Origin: Chrysochromulina tobinii
Lineage: Eukaryota
Length of the DNA stretch: 45,482 nucleotides
Reading direction: 5' to 3'
Assembly: GCA_001275005.1 (NCBI GenBank)
Contig: JWZX01002912.1
Location: 1 to 45,482 of the forward strand
Shown: positions 20,514 through 32,067 of the stretch, piece by piece
How positions within the stretch are numbered: position 1 is the first letter of the stretch
Layout of the letters: each line of letters begins with the position of its first letter
Program-made: the position numbers and the translations under genes
Notes under the pieces: generated by a model
What the model saw: only the letters and a program-made list of their open reading frames with translations
Database searches by the model: none
Told to the model about the DNA's origin: nothing

Positions 20514-21425
20514 ATGACGGAGTCCGCGGGCACCTCGGAGCGGGGTGTCTTGAAGGACTACGTCCGCGGCCTCATCTCCAATGGCGTTGCTCTCGGGCTC
20601 CTGTACGCCATCTCATGCATTCCTGGCATGCGGCAGTACGTTTGTCTCTCCTTAGCTCTGCAGTGGGGCGTCTTCATTGTGCACGCGCTGCCCAATACCA
20701 GCGAGAAGTTTTACGACCTGAGCGGCAGCGCGACGCACTTCTCGTTGGTGGCCGTGTCGCTCTGCTCGGCTGCACGCGTGCACACACCCCGCCAGCTGCT
20801 CATCGCCATCCTCAGCATCGTCTGGATGACGCGCCTGGGCACCTTCCTGTTCCTACGCATCAGCCGCGACGGCAAGGACGAGCGCTTTGACTCGCTCAAG
20901 CGCGTGTGGCTCAGCTGGCTGGGCGCATGGACCATACAAGCCCTCTGGGTGACGTTGATCCAACTCCCCGTCGTGCTGGTTAATGACCGCGACGACGTCG
21001 CGCCCCTCGGCCTTACCGATGCCCTGGCGCTCGCCCTTTGGGTGGCGGGCTTCTTATTGGAGACACTCGCCGATGTTCAAAAGTTCGTCTTCCGAGCGGA
21101 TGCGGCCAACCGTCACCGGTACATCACCAGTGGACTCTGGCGACTGTGCCGGCATCCGAACTACTGTGGGGAGATTGCGATGTGGGTGGCGATGGCCGCG
21201 TCCGTGAGCTCTGCTGGCCTCGCCGCCCGTTTGTCCGTGCTTCACTTCGCGTGGCTCTCGCCCGCATTCACGGCGCTACTGCTGCTGCGAGTGACAGGAG
21301 TCCCTATGGTCGAGGCAGCAGGTCAGAAAAAGTGGGGCACTGAGCCGGCGTACCGCCATTATATGGAACGTACCGCTATGATCATCCCTTGGTGGCCTGC
21401 GCCGCCCTTCGAGAAGGTCTCGTAG
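20514..21425 (+). CDS. DUF1295 / steroid 5-alpha-reductase-like membrane protein
   Basis: SEKFYDLSGS, W.TRLGTFLF.RI..DGKDERFD, LETLADVQKF, GLWRLCRHPNYCGEIAMW, GVPMVE...KKWG. Confidence 0.92.
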   Translation: MTESAGTSERGVLKDYVRGLISNGVALGLLYAISCIPGMRQYVCLSLALQWGVFIVHALPNTSEKFYDLSGSATHFSLVAVSLCSAARVHTPRQLLIAILSIVWMTRLGTFLFLRISRDGKDERFDSLKRVWLSWLGAWTIQALWVTLIQLPVVLVNDRDDVAPLGLTDALALALWVAGFLLETLADVQKFVFRADAANRHRYITSGLWRLCRHPNYCGEIAMWVAMAASVSSAGLAARLSVLHFAWLSPAFTALLLLRVTGVPMVEAAGQKKWGTEPAYRHYMERTAMIIPWWPAPPFEKVS

Positions 21426-21968
21426 CCGGGCCGCCGTCAGCTGCCGCCATGTGCTGTGGAAGCCCTGCTGACCGCGCTCTGCACGCAAAGGGGTCGCCTC
21501 TGGATGATGTAACGGCCGCACTCGTGTCTCTCTTGAAAGCCGCCAACAATGTGCTGGTCGCTGGGTTTGAGCATGATGGGTCGACTCAGGGTCGACTCTA
21601 GGTCGTCTGCAACTGCATGGTCGTCTGTGGGTACGTGAACGTGCAGGTGTCGGGTGGAGCCGCGCGAACGGTGGGTTCCGAAGGTCGACATGAGACATGA
21701 CGGCCCTCGGCTGTGAGAAAAGGTTCTGGTTTCCAACTGAAAAGTGAACCTGGTTTCACTGCTAGCAAGCAAGCTAATTAGTCGAAACAACACAAGTACC
21801 TTCACTGCGTTCTTATTGTGATGCCAAAAAAGCGGCGTGAATCCGTGGCATTCACACTCCGTCCGGCCTGAAAAGAGGTGCGCCTTCATCCTGTCCTCCC
21901 TGAGGCAAGAGGCGCTGACCGTGCCTGCGGTCCCTCCCCTGACCGCTCGCAGCTGTTGGTTGGCACCG

Positions 21969-22295
21969 ATGCCTAACCTCGACGACTTGCTCAGCTGCGT
22001 CTGCCAGAACGCCCCGCAGCGGCCCGGCATCAACGATGTTCTCGATTCGCTCCAGCGCAACACGGTGTGCACGGGCACGCAGTGCTTCGAGACCGAGGCA
22101 GACGCCTTCGGCCTGACCGCCGTCCCCAGCGCCAACCAGCCAAATGCGATGTTCTTCATGATGATGATGTTTATGATGCTCGTTGCCGTTATGATGAAGC
22201 TGAAGAAGCCAGCGCCAACCATCACGGAGACAAAGCCAGGCTCGTCCTCGAGCCACGCAAACCAGCCGCCGCCGCCGCCGCCCACCGTGAGCTAA
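21969..22295 (+). CDS. SMIM14: Small integral membrane protein 14 (DUF2615)-like
   Basis: CVC near the N-terminus, CTGTQC, one TM helix, then KP...PPPPPPTV: the same layout as animal SMIM14 (CECVC...CTDTEC...TM...KP...PPAPPV). Confidence 0.7.
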   Translation: MPNLDDLLSCVCQNAPQRPGINDVLDSLQRNTVCTGTQCFETEADAFGLTAVPSANQPNAMFFMMMMFMMLVAVMMKLKKPAPTITETKPGSSSSHANQPPPPPPTVS

Positions 22296-22856
22296 GCTAC
22301 GGTGCCGATCCGAGTTTGAGAGGTTGGCTGCTGCCGCGCTCCCCCCTGGGGTGGTGGTGCCCCCGGGCCGTGTGCGTGCGCCTGTGGCTTGTATAGAGAG
22401 AGCGAGTACACTCTGAGTTTTGACTCTGTAGATCGGCTCCACTCGCTGCGTGCGGCGGGGCCCTGCGATTTCTAAGGATGAAAGAACGCGATTGACCATT
22501 CACGGACATCTGCCACATGGTACACGCGCGCGACGACTGCTCCTCCGGTGGCGGGGGGTCCGGGCGCCACGGGCGGTCAAAACGCGCGGACGTGCGTCAT
22601 AAGTGCCGAAAAGAGGCCGTCGCGGGACGCACGAAGAGAACCGGATCAATCTCATGACATGTAGTCATCAGATGGGTCTGGCCGCATGCAAGATGCCACG
22701 CCCCCGCGCCCGCCAATGTCACATTGTCACGCCTGCCCTCCCTAGTAAAGGCCCGGTCGGCATCTCCGGCGCCCCTGCCACACCGCTTTCCATGTGAGGA
22801 TCGCGCGGCGTGTACTGCTTGATGATGGCTCCGATCTCCGATCTCATATCCACGGC

Positions 22857-24806
22857 TCACGCAATCGAGGCGAGCGCCACCTGCACATCCTGGACCGTCG
22901 CAGGCGCCCCGCGGAACAGGATCAGCTGTGAAGTCTTCGGGAACGTGAACGAGGTCTCGCACATCACCTCGCCCACGTCGCACGTCGCCAGCTCGAAGGA
23001 AGCGCCCTCGTGCACGCGCAAGGGGAGCACGTGCTCCGTGCCGTTACGGCCGCTCGAGAGGGCCATCTCAACGAACGTGGTAATGCGCGAGGGAACCTTA
23101 ACGAGCGCCGCAATCGAGCCGAGAGCGCGGATGAAGTGCGAGTCGGACTTGAACGTGGGCATGTTGACCCAGCACGTGCACTCCCCCGTCGCGTCACGAA
23201 CGACGACGCCGCAGACGTTCTCGACCTCGGGCGTCATTCGCTCGCAGGAGTCGAGCGTGAGCTTCGCGAGCGAGAAGGGCAGGTATTCGTGCTCAATCTC
23301 GGCCTCTACCCGCGAGTCGCTGCCGTAAGGCAAGATCTCGTCGAGGTGCCCCACGTACGCTGGGCGCGTCGCCCGGATCTCGGGGCGTGAGAGGTCGCGC
23401 GAGGCGCGCACGGCGGTGCGCGAGGGCGCCCAGCCGCGGTCGAGCTTCTGCAGCACGTCGACGAAATCGACGCGGCGACCGGTAAGCTCCGCCGCCTCGC
23501 CCTTGAGTGAGTAACGGTTGTACCCGGCCATCTGGAAGAACCCAAACACGAGCGCCGCCTGGTCCTTCCAGCGCATCGACTTGAGCACGTCGCGGTCGGT
23601 GGACGTGGAGCCGGTGGCGTACCGGCCGCCGTAGACATGCTGCTCGACGATCGTGTACTTGATGTATGTCCAGAAGCCCGTGTTCGGGAAGTTGGCGCGC
23701 CACTTGGCGATCAAGTAGTCGCGCGTGCCGTGCGCCGTAGCTTCGGAGCGCTTGTACATAAAGTACGGGATGTCGCGCCACGAGAACTCCGTGATGCGGA
23801 ACTCGAGGCGCGCCGAAGGGACGAAGAGGGCGCGCCAGCCCTTGGCGCGGATCGTCATGATCATGTCCAGGTACTCGAGCGTGAAAGAAGCCTTCGGATC
23901 AACGACCGTTGAGATCTTATCCGTCTCGATAAGGAAGCCGTGGTCCTCGACGAACTCGGTCTGGTCCCCTTCCTTGAGGTCGTGGCCGCGGTTGAGCGCG
24001 CGGCGGAGCGAGTGGTCGTGGTGTACGGTGATGCCTTGCAAGGAGCCGTCCTTGACCAGCCTCAGGTTAGACTGCGTCGCGTGTGCCGCGAGGGAGCCGT
24101 CCATCTTGGACTCGTAAAGCATGGGCGCCGCAAGCATGTAGCCCGCATCCGGCTTGTTGGCCTGGTGCCACTTGAGTGACTGGAGGAGCTCGCAGCCGAA
24201 GAAGCTGTCGAGGGCGTACCCGTCGTTGTGCAGCAGCAGCGAGTACTTGGTCTTGATGTGCGGCACCGCGTCAACCCACCCTTGCATCGGGCTTGAGCGC
24301 AGCGGCAGCGGCAGCAGCGTCACCTTCTTCCACCTCTGGAGGACCTCTTTGAGATCGATGTTGGCGCACGACTCAAAGTTCGGGTAGGAGTAGATGAGGT
24401 GGACGTCGGCCGGCGCGAAGATCTCAAGAGCGCGGATGAAGCCCGGCGCTTGCGAGCACGCGTCCTTGACCGACACCACGATCGTCATCTCGTCGCGCAT
24501 CATCGTCGGCGAGCACGTCGGGTACTTTGGCCGCACCTCGCGCGGCGTCTTCGACAGCATGCAGTTGCGCGCGATCATGACGACGGGCACGAAGAGCCCG
24601 CCCTGATTCAGCAGCAGGCACACCACCAGCACGACGAGCGCTGGCAGCAGCAAGCGCGAGGACGCCGGCGGACTCACATCCGCCTGGACGCCCTTGTCGC
24701 GCATCGCGCGTTTTGGGCCATTCCAGCCCAGGGCAGACTTGACAAGGTCAAGCCGCTCGGAGCTACTCGATCGGTTCACTTGTCGCAGCGTCGGCGCGTT
24801 GCACAT
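22857..24806 (-). CDS. Type II membrane GT-A/GT2-like glycosyltransferase
   Basis: N-terminal TM helix, MTIVVSVKD, KTKYSLLLHNDGY (DxD-region equivalent), EFVEDHGFL and EYLDMIMTIRAKGWRALFVPSA. Intronless, 649 aa. Confidence 0.7.
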   Translation of the reverse strand: MCNAPTLRQVNRSSSSERLDLVKSALGWNGPKRAMRDKGVQADVSPPASSRLLLPALVVLVVCLLLNQGGLFVPVVMIARNCMLSKTPREVRPKYPTCSPTMMRDEMTIVVSVKDACSQAPGFIRALEIFAPADVHLIYSYPNFESCANIDLKEVLQRWKKVTLLPLPLRSSPMQGWVDAVPHIKTKYSLLLHNDGYALDSFFGCELLQSLKWHQANKPDAGYMLAAPMLYESKMDGSLAAHATQSNLRLVKDGSLQGITVHHDHSLRRALNRGHDLKEGDQTEFVEDHGFLIETDKISTVVDPKASFTLEYLDMIMTIRAKGWRALFVPSARLEFRITEFSWRDIPYFMYKRSEATAHGTRDYLIAKWRANFPNTGFWTYIKYTIVEQHVYGGRYATGSTSTDRDVLKSMRWKDQAALVFGFFQMAGYNRYSLKGEAAELTGRRVDFVDVLQKLDRGWAPSRTAVRASRDLSRPEIRATRPAYVGHLDEILPYGSDSRVEAEIEHEYLPFSLAKLTLDSCERMTPEVENVCGVVVRDATGECTCWVNMPTFKSDSHFIRALGSIAALVKVPSRITTFVEMALSSGRNGTEHVLPLRVHEGASFELATCDVGEVMCETSFTFPKTSQLILFRGAPATVQDVQVALASIA

Positions 24807-25235
24807 TGCAGGCCGTCCAGAGTCAAATCTACCTGCGAGCGGTGGCGGAGCCGGCGTCGGCGGTCAGCGACGTGAGGCGCGCGCGAGCGGATTGAGGCCT
24901 GCAATGCCAACAGACGACAAGCCACGCGCGCGCCACGGCCATAGGACGCCTCAGGCGGACAGGGCGTATTGCGTACTAGGTAGGATTCCAGTGCGCTGGA
25001 GCCGACTGCGTGGGACAATTCGAAGGAATTCGTGTGTTCACACCTGACGAAGAAGATAGTCCCCATTTATTTCCCCCGGAGTTGTAGTGGGCACGATCAC
25101 ACCCCGACACCCCCACCTTTATGCACTTCAAGAACTCGAAAGCGCAGGAGGTCGAGACCAAACTTGAGGCGAAACGTGCAAGGCAAATTGGGCCGCCGCA
25201 CTTGTCTCTCATTTTCGTGTCGAAGCCGGCCGACG

Positions 25236-26888
25236 ATGCAGGCCGACGGCCCGAAAGCGGAGCCTGGAATGGTCCACCGCACATCCCCTCCTCCTCCACC
25301 TCCTCATGGGTCGGCCGGCTTCGTCGCCTTGATCGAGCAGGACGCTAGCATGGCTCTCGAGGAGCTCGAGGAGGTGTCTGGTGTTGACCTAGGGATGTTG
25401 CTGAAGCTCCAGGACCCCCTGCTCGTGGGTGGCATCGTGGTCTTGTTCCTCCTCATCGCACTCATCGCCTTCTTTTGCTGCTGCGGCTGCTGCAAGAAGA
25501 GCTCTACCCCTACCTCGATCGTGTCTGCAAATCAGATGGCCCACAAGCGCCTCATCGAAGAGGACGAAGCGGCGATCAAGAGGGAGGCGTCGGCGGCAGC
25601 AGATCGGCTCCGAAAGCTCGAGGCGGAGGCAGAGATGCAGCGACGAGCCATGGCCGCCGCCCAAGCCGCCACCGAGAGCGCCAAGGCTGCGCATCGCGCG
25701 GCCCTGCAAGCGTTCGCGGATGCCAAGTCCAAGGCCAAGGAGGAGTATTCACGGGCACTGGAGGAGGCCGGTGCCATCTATCGGCAGGATTTTTTGGTAG
25801 ATCCGGAAGCGGCTGTCCTCGTAAACCAGGATGCGCAGCGGGTCGCATCGGCCGCGTACGCGCAGGCGCTGCGTGACGTCGAGAGGGACGTCCAAGCAGC
25901 CGCCAAACACCTGTTCGAGGTCACCGCGCCGTATCGGGCTTACCAGGAGGCTCAGGAGGCGCTCAAGGAGCAGTATAAGGCCGAGAGCCGCGCCGCGATG
26001 TTGGCGCGCGTGGCCAAGATTGAGCAGGAGCAGCAGGAGATGCAGCGGCTCGAGGCCGTGAAGCGCCAGAACGCGATCATCAAGGCCGCGAGAGAGCGCA
26101 AGCAAGCCGAGGATCTACTGCTCGCTGATGAGGACGGACGGGCAGCCACCAAGATGGCCATCAAGCCGCCATTGCCGCGCTCGTCGACCAGTGCCCACTC
26201 GCATGTCTACAGGTGTGTGGGGAACCTCCGGCGTGCCCCCTGAGTCCGCCCTGATGGCCTCGGATCGCCACGAATCGCCTCTGATTACCTCTGATTACCT
26301 CCGAGATCGGATCGCCACGAATCGCCTCTGATTACCTCTGATTACCTCCGAGATCGGATCGCCACGAATCGCCTCTGATTGCCTCTGATTACCTCCGAGT
26401 AGCTGATTACCTCCGAGTAGCTATGATTACCTCCGAGTACCTCTGATTACCTCTGATTCGCCCACTCCTCGCGTGTCTGCAGCTCCGGCTTCGTCGAGAG
26501 CCACTCGCTCGCGTCGCACCGTGCGTCCTTGCCCAAAGTCTGTCGGCCGAAAAAGGGAGCGGCGAGCCCCGAGGCCGCGACCCCGAGCGGAGGTGTCTTC
26601 GGCTTTTCGTGGGTGAGCAGCTCGGCACCCAAGGTCGAATCGGCCACGACGGCGCTCATCCCCGCACCGGAGACTACGCAGAGGCAGAAGGCCCATGTCA
26701 AAAAGCCGAGCTACCTGAATAACGTGTACTCGCATGCGGCGCTGCTGGACGCGTACGACGAGGAGTCGGGCCATCCCAGAGTGGCGACCCCTCCGCGCCC
26801 CTCGGCATGGTCGACCCCGATGCCCTCATGGCGCGCGCTCGGTACGGCGTTCAAAGGGCAACCCTCGTGGCGTGGAACCAAGAAGTAG
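25236..26888 (+). CDS. Single-pass membrane protein with Cys cluster and coiled coil; exons 25236-26212 and 26483-26888
   Basis: TM LLVGGIVVLFLLIALIAFF followed by CCCGCCKK and an Ala/Glu/Gln coiled coil. A phase-2 GT-AG intron joins ORF 25032-26243 to ORF 26529-26888. Confidence 0.7.
26213..26482 (+). repeat. Intron with CTCTGATTAC 10-mers nested in a 47-bp higher-order repeat
   Basis: GGATCGCCACGAATCGCCTCTGATT starts at 26262, 26309 and 26356. Confidence 0.85.
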
Positions 26889-27614
26889 GTCGACACGTCG
26901 ATCATCTCGACCCCAGCCGCCCATGATGAGCTGTGTCCATGCGCAGACCGAGGCGCGACAGCCGTGACAACAAGCGTGCCTTCCGCCTTTTTCTCGTTGC
27001 CGTAACGGTGATTTCAGTCGCGGTCTCCTGCAGTTGGACTGCCCATGTGCCTTCGAAAATCCGGTCGGGGGTCGGCGGTCTGGAGCGACGAACATATGTA
27101 ATACCATATGTATTATATGGTATTACCGCATTGTTCATTGTACGCTGAGACGCGTCAGACGGACGGACGCGTACCAAGATGCAATAGAACGTGATCGGAC
27201 GAGATCTGACTTTCCGGAGCCGTCTGACCCGGTCCGCTCTCCCGCGCGCCCCGCGCTAGCTAACCGCCCTGCTAACGGCGCATGAACGGGAACGCTTGGG
27301 TCGGGGTGGGGTTGCCCCGCCGCGGCGCGCTCTCGCACAGCGGTAAGCGCGGACCGACCGCGCCGACATGCGCGTTGCGCCTTGCGCGCCGTCCGCCGAC
27401 CGAGTCCCGCGACCTCCCGACCGGACGCTAACGCCGGCGTGCCCGGGTCACGTCACACTTTACCACACGTATCTAGATGGATATTGATTTCACAACGGCT
27501 TTTGAAAGCTTTGTGCTTCTGCACCGCCCCCTGTGGTGCGGTGCGACGTGTCGTGCACTCTAGACTCGTGCCCCTTGGCCTTATCCTATTCCTGACGAAG
27601 AGCTAAACTTGGAG

Positions 27615-28457
27615 CTAAACGTGCTCATGGAGCGACTCGACGTTTGACGGCAGCGGCACCAATGGCCGCGGCCACGGCGGCGGCGCACTCGCGGCGCCCT
27701 TGAGCCGCGCGAGCACCACCTCCGCCGCCGCGAGAAGCGCACTCATGCACATCGTATGCTCCGCACGCACCATGGCCACTGCGGCCTGCAGCGTGCGGTA
27801 AGAGGCTAGAGGGAGCAGTTGACGAAGCATGCGACGGTGCAGAGCGCTCCTCGCGTCGGAAAGCTCGCGCACCATGAGCGCGTCCTCGACCGAAGTCATG
27901 GACATGCATGCGATCGCACCGCCCGCACCCAGCCGGAGCAGCAGCAACTGGCGTCGCGCGCAGTAGCCCAGCAGCGTTCCAAGCTGCCCTCGCACATGCA
28001 CTGAGGCGATGCAGCCGCAGAAGCGGAGCGAATCGCCCACGCGTGCCGACTGGAGCAGCGCGAGCGCACGCCGGTGCTGCGGGCCGCGCAGGGCATGCAG
28101 CTCGTCGGGCAAGATGCGCCGCTGTGAGTCGAGCTGAGCGAAGAGCGTCACTCGCGGAGCAAGGTGCGCGCCAACCATGCCCGCCACCTCGTGCTGCTCG
28201 CCGTGCTCAAATGTGAGGCTGCTGCACACTGTGCAGAGCCACTCGCCATCCGAGAGCAGTATGCCCAGCGCCAGCGGATCGAAGCACAAGCTGCAAAAGG
28301 CATGTGACGCAGTCGGTCGTAGCATGAGGCCGCAAGGCGCCGCATCCAATGAGATCTCCAGCTCTGGAATCGGAGGCGGTGCGCCTCGACAGTACTCTCG
28401 CATGAAGGCCCGCGGCTCCGTCTTCGTCCACCCGATGGCAGCGCAGGAACATAGCAT
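27615..28457 (-). CDS. Hypothetical protein with a CxxC...CxxC motif
   Basis: Open frame containing FCSLCF and WLCTVCS. Start uncertain. Confidence 0.5.
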   Translation of the reverse strand: MLCSCAAIGWTKTEPRAFMREYCRGAPPPIPELEISLDAAPCGLMLRPTASHAFCSLCFDPLALGILLSDGEWLCTVCSSLTFEHGEQHEVAGMVGAHLAPRVTLFAQLDSQRRILPDELHALRGPQHRRALALLQSARVGDSLRFCGCIASVHVRGQLGTLLGYCARRQLLLLRLGAGGAIACMSMTSVEDALMVRELSDARSALHRRMLRQLLPLASYRTLQAAVAMVRAEHTMCMSALLAAAEVVLARLKGAASAPPPWPRPLVPLPSNVESLHEHV

Positions 28458-28505
28458 TTCTCGCGACAACAAGCGCGCGCGGGACGGACGGGGAGAGGGA
28501 AAGTT

Positions 28506-28543
28506 GAAGTGTGAAGTGTGAAGTGTGAAGTGTGAAGTGTGAA
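28506..28543. repeat. (TGAAGTG)n heptamer microsatellite
   Basis: About 5 perfect units. Confidence 0.9.
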
Positions 28544-28802
28544 GATCCGGGGGGGAAACACCGAGAAAAGCAAGCGTTATAGCGGCCGGCGGCTGATCTG
28601 GCTGTGTGATAAGGGGTCCAGGGGTCCCCGAGTAGTGGCAACCACATCCGTTGGGAGTTGGGTGTCATATTAAACCATTGGCTGAGTGTGACGAAGGGCT
28701 AACGAAGGGCGGGCGGCGGTACTGTTTTAACATATTAACATATGTTTAGTGCGCCCCCATGCCCTCGGCTACTTCGGCGCTCACGGCCTGGCGCTAGACA
28801 AG

Positions 28803-30527
28803 TCAGTCTCCGCGGGGCGCGGGCACCGTGATCTCGAGGAGCGAGTGAGCCTCTGCGAGCCACGCGGGCTCGGCAGATCCAGCATGGTCGATATGCGTGA
28901 GCCGCGCCGCGAGAGCACGAGCAGAGTCCAGCACTGAAGAGATGGCGGTCTCGACGCACTTGTCGCGTAGCTCGTCCTTGAACACACGCACTGGCTGGCC
29001 AAGCACCGCCCGCAGCGCCTCCGCCTCCGCGCAAAGTAGCTCCACCTGCCCCAGCAGTGTCTGGTGCAGCCGCGCCCGCTCCAGCTCTCGCTTCAGCTCT
29101 TGCTCGCTCGAGCTCGCCTTGAGCTCATCAAGCTGGCGCTCAAGATCGACCCGCTCCAGCTCTCGCTTCAGCTCTTGCTCGCTCGAGCTCGCCTTGAGCT
29201 CATCAAGCTGGCGCTCAAGATCGACCCGCTCCAGCTCTCGCTTCAGCTCTTGCTCGCTCGAGCTCGCCTTGAGCTCATCAAGCTGGCGCTCAAGATCGCT
29301 CGAGCTCGCCTTGAGCTCATCAAGCTGGCGCTGAAGATCGACGACGCGCCCAAGGGCCAGGCTTCGCGTCTTCAAGGCGCTTTCCGTCGCAGCTAGCACC
29401 GTGTCGGCCACTCCCGCCTTCACCGCCTCTTTCTGCGTCTCGAAGTCTGCTAGGAGCTCCTCGCGCGCCGCCTTGTGGATGGCATGCAGCCGCTCCTCGG
29501 CCGCCGCCACGGCGCTCGACACGGCGCTCATCTCGTGCTGGGCCGCCTCTGCCCGTGCGCTCGATACGGCGCGTGTGACGGCCGCCGCCTTCTCGTCGTC
29601 CAAGGCCGCGCGCATCGAGGCGCATGCCTCCTGCGCGATCGTCTCGAGGCGCTCGCGCTGTTCGGCGAGGGCAGCCTCGATGGCCGCTGCCTGCGCCTCG
29701 CGCATCCGACTCACCTCGGCCTCGGAGGTGGCCAGGCGCTCTTCCATTTGGGACATCGCGAGTCGGTGGGCCTCCGCCTCGCGCTCGTGGGCCTCGAGCA
29801 TGGCGGCGCTATCACCCCTGGCCTGCTCACGCACTGCGCTCAGCGCTGCCATGAACCTCTGCGTCGCCTTCTCGTCCGCCGACGCAAGCGCCGTCTCGAG
29901 CGCGAGTGCGTGCTCGCGTGAAGCCGCCTGCGCCTGCGCTTGCGCCCTCGCCAGGAGCGCCCTCTCGGTCTCAGTGGCCGTGGCGGCGGCCTTCTCGAGG
30001 AGCGTGCGCCGCTCCTGCTCATGCTCCTGCTTAGTCCTCTCCACCGCGTCCGCGATGGCCTTCTTTCGCTCCACATCGGCCAGCAGCACCGCCCTCTTCA
30101 CCGCGTCTTCCACTTTCAGATTCACCGAGGCCTCGGAGAACATGCCCGCACGTTGCGCGTCCTCAGATGAAGGGAGACGGGCAAAGGTGTAGGAGTACCT
30201 GGGCAACTCTGCCGCTCCGGGCTTGGGCAGGAGCAAGGAGATGGAATCACCGCGCTCGAGGCACCTTAAAGTACCTTTGCCCACGAGCGTGCCGTTCAGG
30301 TACGTGCCGTTGCTCGAGCAATCCTCGAGCCACCACGAGTCGTCCTGCTTAGGATGGTGCTCGAAGTAGACCAGCTTGCAATGCACGGCGGAGAGCATTG
30401 TGTCTGAGTAACTCACGTCACATGTCTCGCGCCGTCCGATGGTGAACTCCGTACCGCGCAGCTCGATCGTGCGGTCCGAATCCTTGGTGCCGACGCACTT
30501 TAGGAAGCCGTGCGCGCGGCGCTCCAT
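28803..30527 (-). CDS. FHA-domain protein with long coiled coil
   Basis: FTIGRR...LSAVHC...LEDCSSNGTYLNG...LERGDSISL. Three 75-bp (25-aa) repeats plus a partial unit at 29075-29340. Confidence 0.88.
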   Translation of the reverse strand: MERRAHGFLKCVGTKDSDRTIELRGTEFTIGRRETCDVSYSDTMLSAVHCKLVYFEHHPKQDDSWWLEDCSSNGTYLNGTLVGKGTLRCLERGDSISLLLPKPGAAELPRYSYTFARLPSSEDAQRAGMFSEASVNLKVEDAVKRAVLLADVERKKAIADAVERTKQEHEQERRTLLEKAAATATETERALLARAQAQAQAASREHALALETALASADEKATQRFMAALSAVREQARGDSAAMLEAHEREAEAHRLAMSQMEERLATSEAEVSRMREAQAAAIEAALAEQRERLETIAQEACASMRAALDDEKAAAVTRAVSSARAEAAQHEMSAVSSAVAAAEERLHAIHKAAREELLADFETQKEAVKAGVADTVLAATESALKTRSLALGRVVDLQRQLDELKASSSDLERQLDELKASSSEQELKRELERVDLERQLDELKASSSEQELKRELERVDLERQLDELKASSSEQELKRELERARLHQTLLGQVELLCAEAEALRAVLGQPVRVFKDELRDKCVETAISSVLDSARALAARLTHIDHAGSAEPAWLAEAHSLLEITVPAPRGD

Positions 30528-31282
30528 CCTTCAAAACACGAGGCGCGAGCGGATTCCAAACCTCGTCCGCCGCACTCTGGCGCACCTCCGCCCGCTGGTG
30601 GCAGCCCGAACTCGGCGGGCACTTCGGATTTCGCCATGAAGTTGCATGCACAGTACAAATTTGGAGTTTCGAGGAAAGCAGGCCATCGACTTCTACTACC
30701 CCAAACATGCAAAGGATGGATGGCTTACTCGGGAGATGCTCCCTTCACGCAGATCGCACGCTCTTTGGAAGACATGTAGAGTCATCATCACGCACTGGAA
30801 TCCATTTGCCTTTTGGGGGCGCAGGCCCGTCACGCGCGCGATCGTCTCTCATCGTCGCTCATCTCATCGCCGCTCCACGCGGGAGAATAATTGCGCCGAC
30901 ACCCGCACTGCGCCCATCACTGCGCTAAGCCACGCGTCGCGTTTCGGCGCATGCGTGCGAGTCCCTCATTTCGGAATTGGGAGGCTAGGGCCGGCGAAAC
31001 CTCCGGGGAAACCTCCGGGGAAACCTCCGGGGCTGGCGCGCGACGCCCCCTGCTCCTCGCCGTCGTCGCTGACGCGCCCGCCCACACCGGCGGCCCGATC
31101 ACCTGCGGCCCTTGGCCTTCGCCTCCGCGGGTCGTTTCGTCGGCGCAGCCGCGGGGGGCCCCGCCCTAAAGACGCCGCGCCGCGCAGGTGGGGGGACGAA
31201 GTCATCGTCCTCGCCGCCGCCGCGCCTCCCGTTGCTCCGGTCCGGCCGTCGGGTCGTCGGGTACTCGTCCCTCACGATGCTC

Positions 31283-31849
31283 TCAAACCCCCCGAGGTCG
31301 CCCCCAGCCACCTCCTCGGGCACCCTCTACCTCGTCGGTGGCGATTGTCACGGCCTTGATGTTCTCGGCGGCGAAGTCGCTGCGCGCTTGCGCCGGCGCG
31401 GAGGCGGGCGGAGGCGGCGGAGGCGGTGGCGGCACGTGCGCAGCGCCCGTGGGCGTCGTATGCGCCATCGGAGGAGCTGACCCCGCATGATTGATGCCAG
31501 TCGTGCCAGTGGTGTCACTGCGCGGATGGTCGTTCGGCAGCAGTGCGCCGCACTCGGAGGCGTTGATCACGGAGGCGCGGCACACGCGGGGGGGGTCTTT
31601 TTTGTCCCACGTGTTCTTTGTCGGCAGGCGGTAGCGGGGATCATCGTCCTGCCGGCTGCGGTAGCGGATGAGCAGCAGCAGCACGAGCGCAATGAGGAGC
31701 AGCAGGATGAACACGACGAGCGAGGTGATCAGCATCGGCGATGACGCGTCCGGCAATAACGCTCCCACGAGCTGACCCGGTGGACTCGTCGCGACTACCT
31801 CGAACGGCGATTCGGATGCTCGCCGCCTCGCGGACGGTGGCTTATGCAT
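31283..31849 (-). CDS. Single-pass membrane protein with poly-Pro; may extend to 31099 through a frameshift
   Basis: Strong TM LITSLVVFILLLLIALVLLLLI followed by RYRSR. Confidence 0.55.
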   Translation of the reverse strand: MHKPPSARRRASESPFEVVATSPPGQLVGALLPDASSPMLITSLVVFILLLLIALVLLLLIRYRSRQDDDPRYRLPTKNTWDKKDPPRVCRASVINASECGALLPNDHPRSDTTGTTGINHAGSAPPMAHTTPTGAAHVPPPPPPPPPASAPAQARSDFAAENIKAVTIATDEVEGARGGGWGRPRGV

Positions 31850-32067
31850 TTGGACCGATGAGAATAAGCGTCGTCGTGGGCGTTTTTTGTTCACATGGAT
31901 TCAGGGGCCCTTGAGTAGCTTTTCGTGGCGTTGAGGGGCGTTGCGGGGCACTGTGTCCGGCAAAACTTTTGAGGTGCTCAGCGCTCTCTCAGCGCACTTG
32001 CCTTTTTGTATACGGGCGCATTCCGCAAACCGCAAAGGTGGCTTCCAATTTCGTGTAAAGTGGCCTC

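Noticed and set aside
30640..31100. ORFs 30510-30779 and 30646-31359
   Set aside because: No motifs or coding-like composition; treated as intergenic/UTR with a short (GAAACCTCCGGG)3 repeat.
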